From contig MU053472.1 in NCBI GenBank assembly GCA_013239625.1, forward strand, positions 3,829,410-3,852,572: a stretch of DNA of 23,163 bases, written 5' to 3'. A program made the position numbers and the translations under genes. The stretch comes from Lama guanicoe. Its lineage: Eukaryota. The notes below the pieces were generated by a model, which was not told where the DNA came from, made no database searches, and was given only the letters and a program-made list of their open reading frames with translations. Within the stretch, counting starts at the first letter, position 1, and each line of letters starts with the position of its first letter. Shown here one piece after another: positions 1 through 10,720 of the stretch.

Positions 1-7
1 GGTGAGT
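1..7 (+). other. RNF43: Last base of RNF43 penultimate exon and 5' splice donor (G|GTGAGT) of the final intron (2-1725)
   Basis: Consensus donor GTGAGT at 2-7. G at 1 plus GC at 1726-1727 forms a Gly codon in frame with the RNF43 C-terminus. Confidence 0.8.
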
Positions 8-999
8 CTTCTGGGGAAGTGGGTCAGGTGGGCAGAGGAGACTAGAGAAGGGTGAAGTCATCTAAGGGGTTGATGGGAGCTGAGAAGGGTACAACAGGGG
101 TCCAAACACTGAACAACTGGCACAGCATAGGGTACTGGCTCTGCCAGGTATTACTCCTTTGGTTGCCATATCTGGTTGAGACACCAGAAAGCACCTGGGG
201 GTGGTTTGGGGCAGCAGCTCAAATGCAGGTGTTTCAATATTTTAAAAATGCATACAGCTCAATATTAGCTATAAATACAAAGAAGGCCAAGAAGTGTTGC
301 TTGAGGAGAGCATGGACACACAGTTACTGAAAACCACAATCCCAGGCCATATGTGATCTTATAGGTGAAATAATTACAGACAACCGTAATTCTGGGCCAT
401 AAGAGAAGAGCTATGTGAATGATGCAAAAATGATTCATTGCTTCCTTCTATTTTTCTTTCTGCGTTGTATGCTTGCTATGGGCTAGGTTCCAGGCTAGGC
501 TCTGAGGACATGGAGCTTGTCAACCAGGAGACCCAGGTCTGGTCTGTGGAGAGACAGGCATGCATACTATTAGAGTACAGAAAATAGTTGCTTCCACAGA
601 GCCACGTATTGCAGACTTTGGCCATGTGTCTGATGGTTCCATCTGGATCCTGTCACAAGTGTACCTTCGGTGCTGCCAGTGCCAGGCCACCACCTCCCCT
701 CTGTCCCAAACTCATAATTAGTCTCAGTGTTTCCCTTTTCCTGGCTCTTCAAACCCAGTCAATGGCAGGTTCTGTTAACTGTATCTCTGCTAGCTTTACC
801 ATATTCTCCCACACAGGACTGATGGCCCCTGCCCATGTCTTAGGCGCAGCCTAAAGATCGAGGCAGGAGCCTCCTAGCTCCTCCCTTCCCCTCACAGGGC
901 CATTAAGGCTGGGCACTGCACATCCGTGTTGTGTCCTGTAGAGTCATGCAGCATGGTGACCCTGCTCACCACCCTCCGTACTGCTGCTAAGGTCACCCT

Positions 1000-1485
1000 T
1001 CTCAAATAAACTGTCCAGAAATCTTCAAATGTTCTGTTTTGTTCAGAGCCTTGACCTTCAAGGCTCTAGCACCGGCTAGCCCCCATCTTCCTTCCCAACC
1101 TGATTTTCCTCTCTTCCCCTTCCCTTCCCCTGCCCCATGCTTTAGCCAAACTAGGTAAACACTTCCTGCAGTTTCTGCAGCGCAGAATATTCGGCTGCCT
1201 TCCTATTCCCATAATTCTTCCCTGTCCTGCAGGACCAGCTCATTTACCTCCACTTCCAAGAAGCCCTTCCTGATTGCTCCAATTGGACATGATCTTTCCC
1301 CTTCCTCAATTTGTCTCTTGTGACCCCAGTCCTGCCGCATTGGCCTTATTGCCAGTTACATGCAAAGCTTCTCTCCTGCGAGGTTGTCAGGTCCCTGCTT
1401 AATATTTTTGGCCTTCTATTTGGCATGTGATACCAGGGCAGGTTCACAAGTGCTCAATAAATATTTATTGGGTGAATGAGTGAAT
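1000..1485 (+). mobile_element. Degenerate LINE-2 3' fragment (boundaries approximate)
   Basis: L2-like terminus 'gtgctcaataaatatttattgggtgaatgagtgaat' at about 1450-1485, with upstream L2-like motifs such as 'aagcccttcctgat'. Confidence 0.55.
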
Positions 1486-1725
1486 ATTAAGTATTGGTAA
1501 CACACTGGTTGCTATAAATGTATCTCTTTCTCTAGATTTGTTTTTCTCTCCTCTGTGTCCCAACTGAGGCCCCCCTCAGCTTTCAATCTAAACACCCTTT
1601 CTGGACCCATTCCCTGCTCCTCCCTCTCTGTAGTTCCCTCCCAGCCATACTCTCTTGCAGGTGGAACAAGCAAGAGGCTGGCCTGACGCTCAGTGACCTC
1701 TTTCCATCCCTCTCTCTAAATGCAG

Positions 1726-1769
1726 GCTCAGAAGAGGAGCTTGAGGAGCTGTGTGAACAGGCCGTGTGA
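1726..1769 (+). CDS. RNF43: RNF43 (RING finger E3 ligase, Wnt antagonist), terminal coding exon
   Basis: Pyrimidine tract and TGCAG acceptor ending at 1725, then (G)GC TCA GAA GAG GAG CTT GAG GAG CTG TGT GAA CAG GCC GTG TGA = GSEEELEELCEQAV*, the recognised RNF43 C-terminus. Position directly upstream of SUPT4H1 matches human synteny. Confidence 0.92.
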
Positions 1770-3230
1770 GATGTTCAGGCCTAGCTCCAACCAAGAACGT
1801 GCTCCGGAGGACTCGGGGCCCCACCTGGCACAGGGTCCTACTCCTGAGAGAAGAAAGGACCTCCGAAAACACCCTCTTTTTTGCCATACATCCTGGAACC
1901 AGTGGAAGAGGAGTGGTGATGGTGGGTGGCAGGAGGTGTTGTTGCCCACTCCCAGCTCCAGACCTTGTCTGCAAACCATCTGTGGGGCAGCAAGTCTGTG
2001 TCCAGCAGGCAAACAGCTCCCATGTGGGCTGGCTCCCTTGCAGGCTGGTTTTGTTTTTGTTTTTGTTTTTGTTTTTGAGAGCAGGAAGCTAGGTATGGGT
2101 AGACAGGTGTTATAAAGGTGGTGCTCCTTCCTCCAGCCCCAGCAGGTCTCCCTCATCCCAAGCCTCATGTTCATACCAACAAATGGGTCCAGCTGAATGC
2201 ATGACCCCTTCTCACCTCCTTCCTTGGGAGAGTTGTGCACACCAGCTTTGGCTCCTCCTTGGTAAGGGTACTGCATCAGTGGCATCCCTGGTTCTTATCA
2301 TTTTCCTTCTTTGCAAAAAAAGAGAAAAAAACCCAGAAGCATAGGTGAGCCCTGAGTCCTAAAAAGAGGGGCTTTGCAGATTCTCCAGGCAGGGCCTGCC
2401 CTGGTGCATAAAGGAGGATGTTTTTCCCTTCTTGCCATTACTTGTCAGATCCACTATATTAAGTCACAGGGAAGGCTCTGGGAAGCCAGGGTGTGGAGTT
2501 CTGTCCCTCAGCTGGTACAGCATCTTGAAGAGCCTGGGGTGAAGCCTCTGATCTTTAAACTCCCTTGTCACACCAGCAGCACCAGTCCCTCTGGGGGAGA
2601 AGGATAGGGGTAGTGGGAAGGGAATAACTCTTCCTTGGAGCTCTATCTCAAAGTTCCAAAGTAGGCAGAAAGGAGAGGATTTCTGCTGAACCTTATTTAG
2701 GAAGAGGGAGGAAGGAATGAAGGTAGAAAAGGCAGAATGACAGCTGAACAAAGAATTTTCTCTGGGCGTCTTCTCTCAGTGCAGGGCTGGGGAAGAGGGG
2801 AGAACAAAGGAGAAGTAATATGCGGCCCTTGGGATTGGTTGGCCCAGAGACCCAGCTTCCCAGTATAAGCCATTCAGGCCAGGGACACACAGGAAGGAGT
2901 GGAGTTGGAGCAGGAAGGCTGGCCTGGGCAGTTGGTACTGAGTGGGCAAGGGCTGAGGGGCCTCCTTAGGGTGACATTCACCCCAGGGCAACTGGACCAT
3001 TGCTGGCCCCTCAGGCATTATCCCATTTGGAATGTGAATGTGGGAGCAAAGTGGGCACAAGACCCCACCTGGGAATCTTCTTCCCTCAAAAGTCAGTGGG
3101 GGACTGGCACCTAGGCACCCACATGGGTATTTATATCTGAACAGACAAGACGCTTGAATCAGGCACTATGTTGAGAAATGTATTTATTTGCTAATATATT
3201 TATCTATAAATATGGTCTGGTCTCGTGGTT
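1770..3230 (+). other. RNF43: RNF43 3' UTR (end approximate; may extend to about 4165)
   Basis: Follows the stop codon and ends in an AU-rich block with variant poly(A) hexamers and a GU-rich downstream tract. Confidence 0.6.
2048..2077 (+). repeat. (GTTTTT)n simple repeat in RNF43 3' UTR
   Basis: gttttgtttttgtttttgtttttgtttttg read directly. Confidence 0.95.
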
Positions 3231-3240
3231 TTGTTCTGTC
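3179..3240 (+). terminator. Candidate non-canonical RNF43 polyadenylation site
   Basis: TGTA 3179-3182, AATATA 3193-3198, TATAAA 3205-3210, then GU-rich 'ggtctggtctcgtggttttgttctgt'. Confidence 0.5.
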
Positions 3241-3509
3241 ATAACTGTCTCTCAGAGTAACAACTTTACCTCCTACATCAGCAGAAATATGTTATTTCTG
3301 ATACCAGAGGCCAGGCTCTGATTTACGAAAGGACGGAGTAGAGTGGTAGGTTTGGCAACAAGAAGTGGCTTGTAAGTCCCTAAAAGCATGGTTTAGTGAG
3401 ATCAGGGACAGGAAGCATGACTGGCTTCTCACTGTGGTTCAGTTCGTTAGCTGTGCTATTACTGTACTGCTTCCTTCACATTCTAATTTGTGATGCTTCA
3501 GTGACTTTC

Positions 3510-3562
3510 TTTGTGACCTTGGCCAGATACTCTGTGCCTCACTTTTTCCACCCGTGAAATGG
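3510..3562 (+). mobile_element. MIR SINE core fragment
   Basis: 'tgtgaccttggccag…tctgtgcctcactttttccacccgtgaaatgg' resembles the MIR core. Confidence 0.55.
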
Positions 3563-4379
3563 ATCGGTTGTCGGAGAGCTCCCATAAGGCAACAGCCTGT
3601 TCCAAAGTAGAAAGTATGCAGTGACAGAGAACATCTAAGCCCAGTTACAGAGCCCAGCTGAACACGGCATGGGACCGGCACAAGCAGCACACCGGCCTTG
3701 AAGAAGCTCAGTTTCTATGTAGGAGGCCTGGCTGGGAAGATAGAACAGCAGGGCATGAAACTATTTATATCCCAAAGCTCCAAGTCAGATAAACACAAAT
3801 GACTGCCCTCTGCCTACACATGGGACTGCTGTGAGGATCAAAAGAGCCGGCGCTGTGTCGGTATGAATTCCACAGGGCTGCTCTATTCCTCACAAAGCGC
3901 ATTTCCCCCTTCTGCCTCTCCGGGAAAGGGTTCGGTAGAGGTGGCGGTTGTCGAGCGCCCAGTCTGAACCAGAGAGCAAGGCATTTAGCTTTCTAAAGGG
4001 TGAAATGAAAAAAGAAAAAAAGGACACAAACTCCCACAGAAGAGCTGAGGGAAAGGAACTATACCTAAATGCTAAAAGCTGCACAAAGCATAAATTAACA
4101 GCTGGAACGAGGAAACGTACGTAAAGAGTTTTCAAAAGTAATTAAATACGCATTTTCCCGGCCGTCCGCTCCCAGGCCAGCATTCCTGTGGACGCAGATG
4201 GAAACCCAATCGGGCGCTCGCTGTCAGGAAGGAGAGCGGCGGTCCCCGGATTTCTCTCCGTCTCTGCAGAGATAATCCGGAGGTAGACAGTGGACTCTCT
4301 AACCCTGCGCTTTTAAGACAGGAAGACCAAAGAGAATCTCGGCTGTCATCTGGGATCCTCCAGGGAACCAGCAGCCCCC

Positions 4380-4990
<611 letters not shown>

Positions 4991-5335
4991 TCTCGCAGCC
5001 GTGAGCACTGGCAGTCTCACATGCCTCTGCAGTTTCAGCTCGCATCACAGGCCTGACCCTTAACAGACGTTCAGTGAACTTCTTTTGGAGGCAGAAGATA
5101 CTGGGAGTCAGAGGAGGGTGGAGATCTGCAGCTGCGGGAGTAGTCGAAGGTGTCTGACCCCGAGGGGATTAGGGAAAGGAATAGGTTAAACGCAACTGGG
5201 AACAAGGGAAGGAGTCTGAGAGTGGAACTTAGGAACGGGGAATGGTTGGTGGGGGACCTAATGAGACAGAGCCAACGTAGGGAGCCTTGTACTTGACCAG
5301 TTAAAAGTATGGAGAAAACTGCTTTTTTCTTTTGA

Positions 5336-5482
<147 letters not shown>

Positions 5483-5611
5483 TAAACCCCTTTAGATTGC
5501 TGCATTCATTCTTCTCCATTACCCCTTGCCCCACCCCACCAAGTAAATGTGGGTAGACTCTTGAGACACTAATCCTAGTTGGTGTCAAAGTTATTTTGAG
5601 ACACACTAGTC

Positions 5612-5926
5612 CTATGCTGTCCAGTGCAGTAGATACTAGCCATGTATGGCATTGAGCACTTGAACTGTGGCTGGTCCAAACTGAGATATGCTTTACATGT
5701 AAAATATACATTGGATCTCAAAGACTCAGCACAAAGAAAATGAATGTAAAATATCTTAATATTTTTGTGTTAATTACATGCCACAATGTTCGTACTTTGA
5801 ATAGATTGGGTTAAGTGCAGTATATTGAAGTGAATTTCATGTTTTTGTCTTTACTCCTTTAACTTGGCTACAGAAAATTTAAAATGACTTGTGTGGCTTT
5901 TATTATACTTCCACTGGACAGTTCTT
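5612..5926 (-). mobile_element. MER33-like hAT/Charlie non-autonomous DNA transposon
   Basis: Inverted repeats CTGTCCAGTG (5617-5626) and CACTGGACAG (5912-5921). Internal 'actagccatgtatggcattgagcacttgaa' and AT-rich body match the recalled MER33 consensus; length about 310 bp. Confidence 0.75.
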
Positions 5927-6577
5927 CACTGGACTGTCAGGGCATTGCTGGTAGGGACATATGTGCCATGACCTGGCACAGGGCCTGGAGGGTGGTGGAT
6001 GCCTAGTAAATGTTTGTTAAATGCATGAAGATCCTTTTTCAAAATGAAGGGGTAAATTTGGGCTCCAAAGCTGATGCTTTTAGATATCTCTGAGAGGCCC
6101 TATGAGTAGAGTTTTCCCTTAATGAGATTGTCCAGTGGGGAGAAGGGGAAGTGACAGACACCTAAGTGGCTAGGTCTCAATTTTCCTCCCCCTAAGGAAG
6201 GAGCCAGAGGGAAGTATTCTTTGGGGGTTAAGGAGGTACTATTTATTTTCTTTTGGTCTCTAGGCCAATTAAACATTTAGCAAGCTGGGCCCAAACCAGT
6301 ACTTGGTAAAGTTCCTTCACAGTGGGCCAACTCCATTCCTCCTTTGTTTGCCTTTAACGGAGAATAAAGGATTGGGCAAAAAAGATGTTGTTATGGAACG
6401 TTTCTTCATACATATGCACGTGCACACTCAGATACACCAGTTTCTTTCGTTAACACTGTAGCATTCAGTGCTAAGGAATGAGCAGAGTCACTTCTGTGGC
6501 TGCTGTGAGAGATGTCAGGAGTTACACAGTGAGATCCTTAACTAGTAAGAGAGACATGGTGTGGAGTTTGAGTGTGT

Positions 6578-7425
6578 TTTTTTTAATTGTAAAATATGCA
6601 TCGTTTTTAAAATCATTTTTAAGTGTAAAATCAGTGGCATTAAATGTATTTATATTTCTGTGCAACTATTGCCACCATCCATCTCCAGAACTTTTTTCAT
6701 CTTTTCATTTCCTGCTCTCCCCAGCCCCTGGCAACCACCATTTACGCTGTGAATTTGATTGCTGGTCCTTCATATAAGTGGAATCATATAATATCTGTCT
6801 TTTTGTGATTGGCTCATTTCACCTTGCGTAACTTTTTCAAGGTTTATCCATGTTGTGGCATCTGTCAGAATTTCCTTTTTAAGCTTAATAACACTCCATT
6901 TTATGTATATACCACATTTTATTTATCTGCACATCTGTTGATGGACACTTGGATTGCTTCCGCCTTTTAGCTATTATGAATAATGGTGCCATGAACAGAG
7001 TTTACAAATACCTGTTCAGGTTCCTGTTTTTACTTCTTTGTGGTATGTATCCAGAAGTGAAATTGCTGGATTTTTCTGTGCTCAACATTTTGAGGAACTG
7101 CCACACTGTATTGTATGGCAGCGCCATTTTATGTTCCCACCTGCAGTGCACGAGGGTTCCAGTTTCTCCACATTCTTGCCAACACTTGTTATTTTCTGAT
7201 GTTTTGTTTTGCTTTTGATCATAGCTACCCTGTTGGATGTGAAATGGTATCTCCTTGTGGTTTTGATTTGCATTTCCCTAATAATAAACGATGTTGAGCA
7301 TCTTATCATGTGCTTATTGGCCATATGTATATCCTCTTTGACAAAATGTGTCTTCAAGTCCTTTGCCCAATTTTGAGTCAGGTTTGTGGTTTTTTGTTGT
7401 TGAGTTGTAGGAGTTATTTATGTAT
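6578..7425 (-). mobile_element. 5'-truncated LINE-1 (L1M-type) 3' end, antisense in SUPT4H1 intron 2
   Basis: Minus-strand ORF 7082-7357 reads …[32 protein letters not shown]…, the L1 ORF2p C-terminal region. It continues into typical L1M 3' UTR sequence and a T-rich tail near 6578-6620. Confidence 0.9.
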
Positions 7426-7959
7426 TCGGTGCATATTGAGTTTTGAAGAGTGAGTATATTAAAGGTTAAAGGAGATCAGAGCAGGGCTTGATGAACTCAG
7501 AAATGGAAGAGATAGCATATGAATCAGGCTCTTAAAGAAGCATAGGATTTTTGAGGAACTTGAGGTGAGAGACGTAGAAGAAGCATTCTAAATAAAGGGA
7601 CTGACTTGAGCAAAGGCATGGGGTCGGAAAACAAAGGTGTGTTTGGACACTGGTGGGAATTCTGTTCAGGTTAAATCATGGTTGGATAACAAGCACTGTA
7701 AGGCTGGAATGATAGATTGTGAAGGATGGAGGAGAATATACTTTTGGCCAGGAGAGTGGCCAGTAAGCGTGTCTATCCCAGATTAGTCTGCTGGGGTAAG
7801 GCAAGTGTTACTTTACCTGCTGCCCCTGGAGGTGGCATCATTCCACTCAAAGCATATGGCTGAGAATGTAGGATTTGGTTGGGGAAGGAAGCTTCCCAGA
7901 TAATCTTAAAGTTGCTGCAGGAGGAGGGGGAATGGATATTGAGGATACAGTCAACAAGT

Positions 7960-8030
7960 ATCAGTGCCTAGAACAGATCTGTCACAATAGGCAGCCTGTA
8001 AACGTTTGATTGAATGGGTGAATGACAAAA
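7960..8030 (+). mobile_element. LINE-2 3' terminal fragment
   Basis: 'cagtgcctagaacag…cacaataggc…gtttgattgaatgggtgaatga'. Confidence 0.55.
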
Positions 8031-8746
8031 ATGACCTGTAGCTTCTGAAAACACCTGATGCTTTTTGTCATGCTCACTAGCAGGCTTCTGGCCCTGGAGT
8101 ATCCTTTCTGTTGCCTGTGCTCTGGGATCAGAGCTACCCTAGAAAGAACTGTTAGGGTAATAAGGAGAGCTAACATTTATTTAGCACCTACTGTATGCTA
8201 GGTGTTTTTCATTTATTAGCTCAACTTTCCCTCAAATGAAATTCTGAGGGAGATCTCCCTATGTGTGTCAGGCTATACAGCTCATTAGAGACAGAGCTTA
8301 GTTAAGTCTAACTTACTCCATTGTTTCGACTCCCTCTCCCCTTTGCCCAAGGCCCCAGTCCTCAGTGGCATGTTGGTTGTAATCAGTAACGCTGACCATC
8401 TACCTCAAAAGCTGTTCCATTTCCCAGGGACTCTGTAGGCCAAGGATACTTTTGAGCCTGGTAGGGTAATATCTGGGGGATGATGACTGACTTAGCCTGT
8501 GACTGGTGGGCCAAGGATGTAAGTGCAAAGGACTTTTATCAGTACTAGCTCTGAGTCAGTTGCTTCCCAGCGTTTGAACTCAGTTTCCCCTACTTTCCAG
8601 TAGAGACGCAGTACTTGGCTTTTTCCTAGGTGTCCTCTCCCAGAACTGTTGTGCTGGCCAGGAACAGAGTAAAGAGGACCATTCCCTCAGTCTCTGTTCT
8701 CTAGTAGAGGTGGCTCAGGTTGACTCTGTTTCTTCTCCCTTCCTAG

Positions 8747-8802
8747 AATCATTGCGATGATGAGTCCAGAGGACAGCTGGGTCTCCAAGTGGCAGCGAGT
8801 CA
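8747..8802 (+). CDS. SUPT4H1: SUPT4H1 exon 3
   Basis: TAG acceptor ending 8746; [18 protein letters not shown](S); GTAAGT donor at 8803. Confidence 0.97.
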
Positions 8803-9075
8803 GTAAGTGTCTCCCTTTCTCCTCATCCTGGCCTAGTTATGTTGTCGGGTCCAGTGGGGATGTCTTAAATCAGTGGGTAAGTGGCCCCAGAGTGAGAAAG
8901 ATGGTGTTGGAGGAAAGCCAGGGAAAGTGTCCTGTGCCCTGTCATTAACACATGTAGCCAAAAGGAGTGATTGCTCTTCTGTTGGAGTTGCAGTGGTTCT
9001 TTCATTTTTAGCTTATGCTCCGTTGGTCTTTAGTCATAACTCACTCTGACTGCAGTCACTTTTCTTCTCTTTCAG

Positions 9076-9129
9076 GTAACTTTAAGCCTGGTGTGTATGC
9101 AGTGTCAGTCACTGGTCGCTTGCCCCAAG
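9076..9129 (+). CDS. SUPT4H1: SUPT4H1 exon 4
   Basis: TTTCAG acceptor; (S)NFKPGVYAVSVTGRLPQ(G); GTAATA donor at 9130. Confidence 0.97.
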
Positions 9130-9130
9130 G

Positions 9131-9335
9131 TAATAATAATCATAGTTACAGCCAACGTTCATTTACTCTGCCAAGCTCTATGGAAGGTTTTCACGTGACT
9201 TAACGCCAGTCCTCAGAACTCTATGAGAGAACCAAAGCACAGAGAGGGTAAATAAATTGCCCAAGGTCACCCAGCCAGTAAGTGAGGAGCCAGAATTTGG
9301 ACCTAGGCATTCTGGCTCTGGAACCCTTGTTTTTG
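9131..9335 (-). mobile_element. MIR SINE in SUPT4H1 intron 4
   Basis: 'cacagagagggtaaataaattgcccaaggtcacccagccagtaagtgaggagccagaatttggacctaggcattctggctc' is the reverse-strand MIR core and 5' part. Confidence 0.75.
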
Positions 9336-9564
9336 ACGACTATAGCGTGTCTGTCCTTTTCTTCTCATTCTTACCAAGTCATTTCCAGGCACTTGCCTGG
9401 ATTTTCAGGGGTAAGAAGCCAACCAAGCAGTTTTGTTGAGCAGTCTAGAAACTCCAGTTTGCCTAGAGCACCCCCACCCCCACCCCACCAAGTGGTAGCC
9501 AAGGGAACTTTCATATCTTCTGGAATCTTGTCCCCTCACAGGGCTGTTTCTTTTCCTGCTGCAG

Positions 9565-9632
9565 GAATTGTGCGGGAGCTGAAGAGTCGAGGAGTGGCCT
9601 ACAAATCCAGAGACACAGCTATAAAGACTTAG
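9565..9632 (+). CDS. SUPT4H1: SUPT4H1 exon 5 (terminal coding part)
   Basis: GCAG acceptor; (G)IVRELKSRGVAYKSRDTAIKT* ending in TAG 9630-9632. Exons sum to 69+107+56+54+68 = 354 nt = 117 aa plus stop, with consistent phases. Confidence 0.97.
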
Positions 9633-9939
9633 CGAGATGCACAGCTGCCAACATGTTTGCTCCTCATCTCTGCCTCTGCTTATTTTTTGTTGTGGAACTA
9701 AACGAGCAGAACCTTCACATGCGTCCCACCCTCTGATTCTGGGACTCAGCAGACTGTTGAGAAAGCAGCACAATGTGTCCTTGGGCCATTTTACCTTCTT
9801 TGGACTACTGTGGGGGTGGGAGCAGTTTGGGTTGGTGGATTTACAGAGACTGAATTCAGTGGGGAGTAGGATGCTGGTTTTCCTACACACAGCCCAGGGC
9901 TGCGCCCTTGCCCACGGGCAGGACTCTGAGTCAAATGCC

Positions 9940-9945
9940 AATAAA
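9940..9945 (+). terminator. SUPT4H1 proximal poly(A) signal
   Basis: AATAAA about 310 nt after the stop codon. Confidence 0.7.
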
Positions 9946-10537
9946 CATGGACCCCTAGGAATGTTCTTAAGCCCAAAGCACTGCCTTGCCTCCCTCTTCC
10001 TTTCTCTTAGCTGGGCACAGTAAGAACTCACTGCCCTGTAAACGTCTCTCCAGGGCAGCAGAGGCTTTTCTGCTCCTCATGATCCACCTCTGAGGCTCCA
10101 GGTTGGAGCCTTTCCATTGTGCTTCCTCGGGTCTCGGAAGGTCTGCTGTCCCGCGTCTAGGCAGCCCCGTCAGCCTGGTGGTCCTGGTGTCTGGTGGTTG
10201 CAGCCTTCTACGCTCTAGACCTGGCACAGCTGGTGTCCCTTGAAGAAATCCTGAGGCTTCTTTATAGTATTTACCCCTTGGCCACGTTTAATACCTTTTT
10301 CCTTTTTGTTTTCTTCTTTTCACTGTTCTTCCTGTGCCTGAGGCCCACCAGTGGCAGCCACGACCTCCCCTTCCTCTGCTCCCCTGCGTTCCCCTAACTC
10401 TGGACCCTCAGGTTGCTGCTGGGTCTTGGTCTAGCTGGTTTTTGCCTCCATTGGAGGTGAGCCTCTCCTTTTCTCTCTGGCCTCGTAGCGGGCCTTGAGT
10501 GATGTCCTGTTATTGGCCAAGGCAAGTTATTTTTGGA

Positions 10538-10543
10538 ATTAAA
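10538..10543 (+). terminator. SUPT4H1 candidate distal poly(A) signal
   Basis: ATTAAA in an AT-rich context about 900 nt after the stop codon. Confidence 0.5.
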
Positions 10544-10614
10544 ATATTTACCACAAATTCTCATTTACTTAAATTTCCACAAAAAATCCTGTTCAGTGTC
10601 CCCATTTTTATTCC

Positions 10615-10720
10615 CCGAAGTTTCTTGTTCCCCATCTGTGAAGCGAAAATGATTACACTCTGTTTACCTCAGGATTTTTGTGATGGTGATAATGAAAGCA
10701 ATGTGAGAATTTTGTAGCTT
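10615..10720 (+). mobile_element. MIR fragment
   Basis: 'ttccccatctgtgaa…tacctcaggatttttgtgatg…aatga' resembles the MIR 3' half. Confidence 0.5.

Noticed and set aside
1720..2285. ORFs of 131 aa (+) and 185 aa (-) over the RNF43 last exon
   Set aside because: Wrong frame or strand relative to the RNF43 C-terminus; they run through the (GTTTTT)n repeat (FVFVFV/KTKTKT).
9405..10031. 208-aa ORF antisense to SUPT4H1 exon 5 and 3' UTR
   Set aside because: Non-ATG start, no recognisable protein features, and no supporting splice or promoter context.
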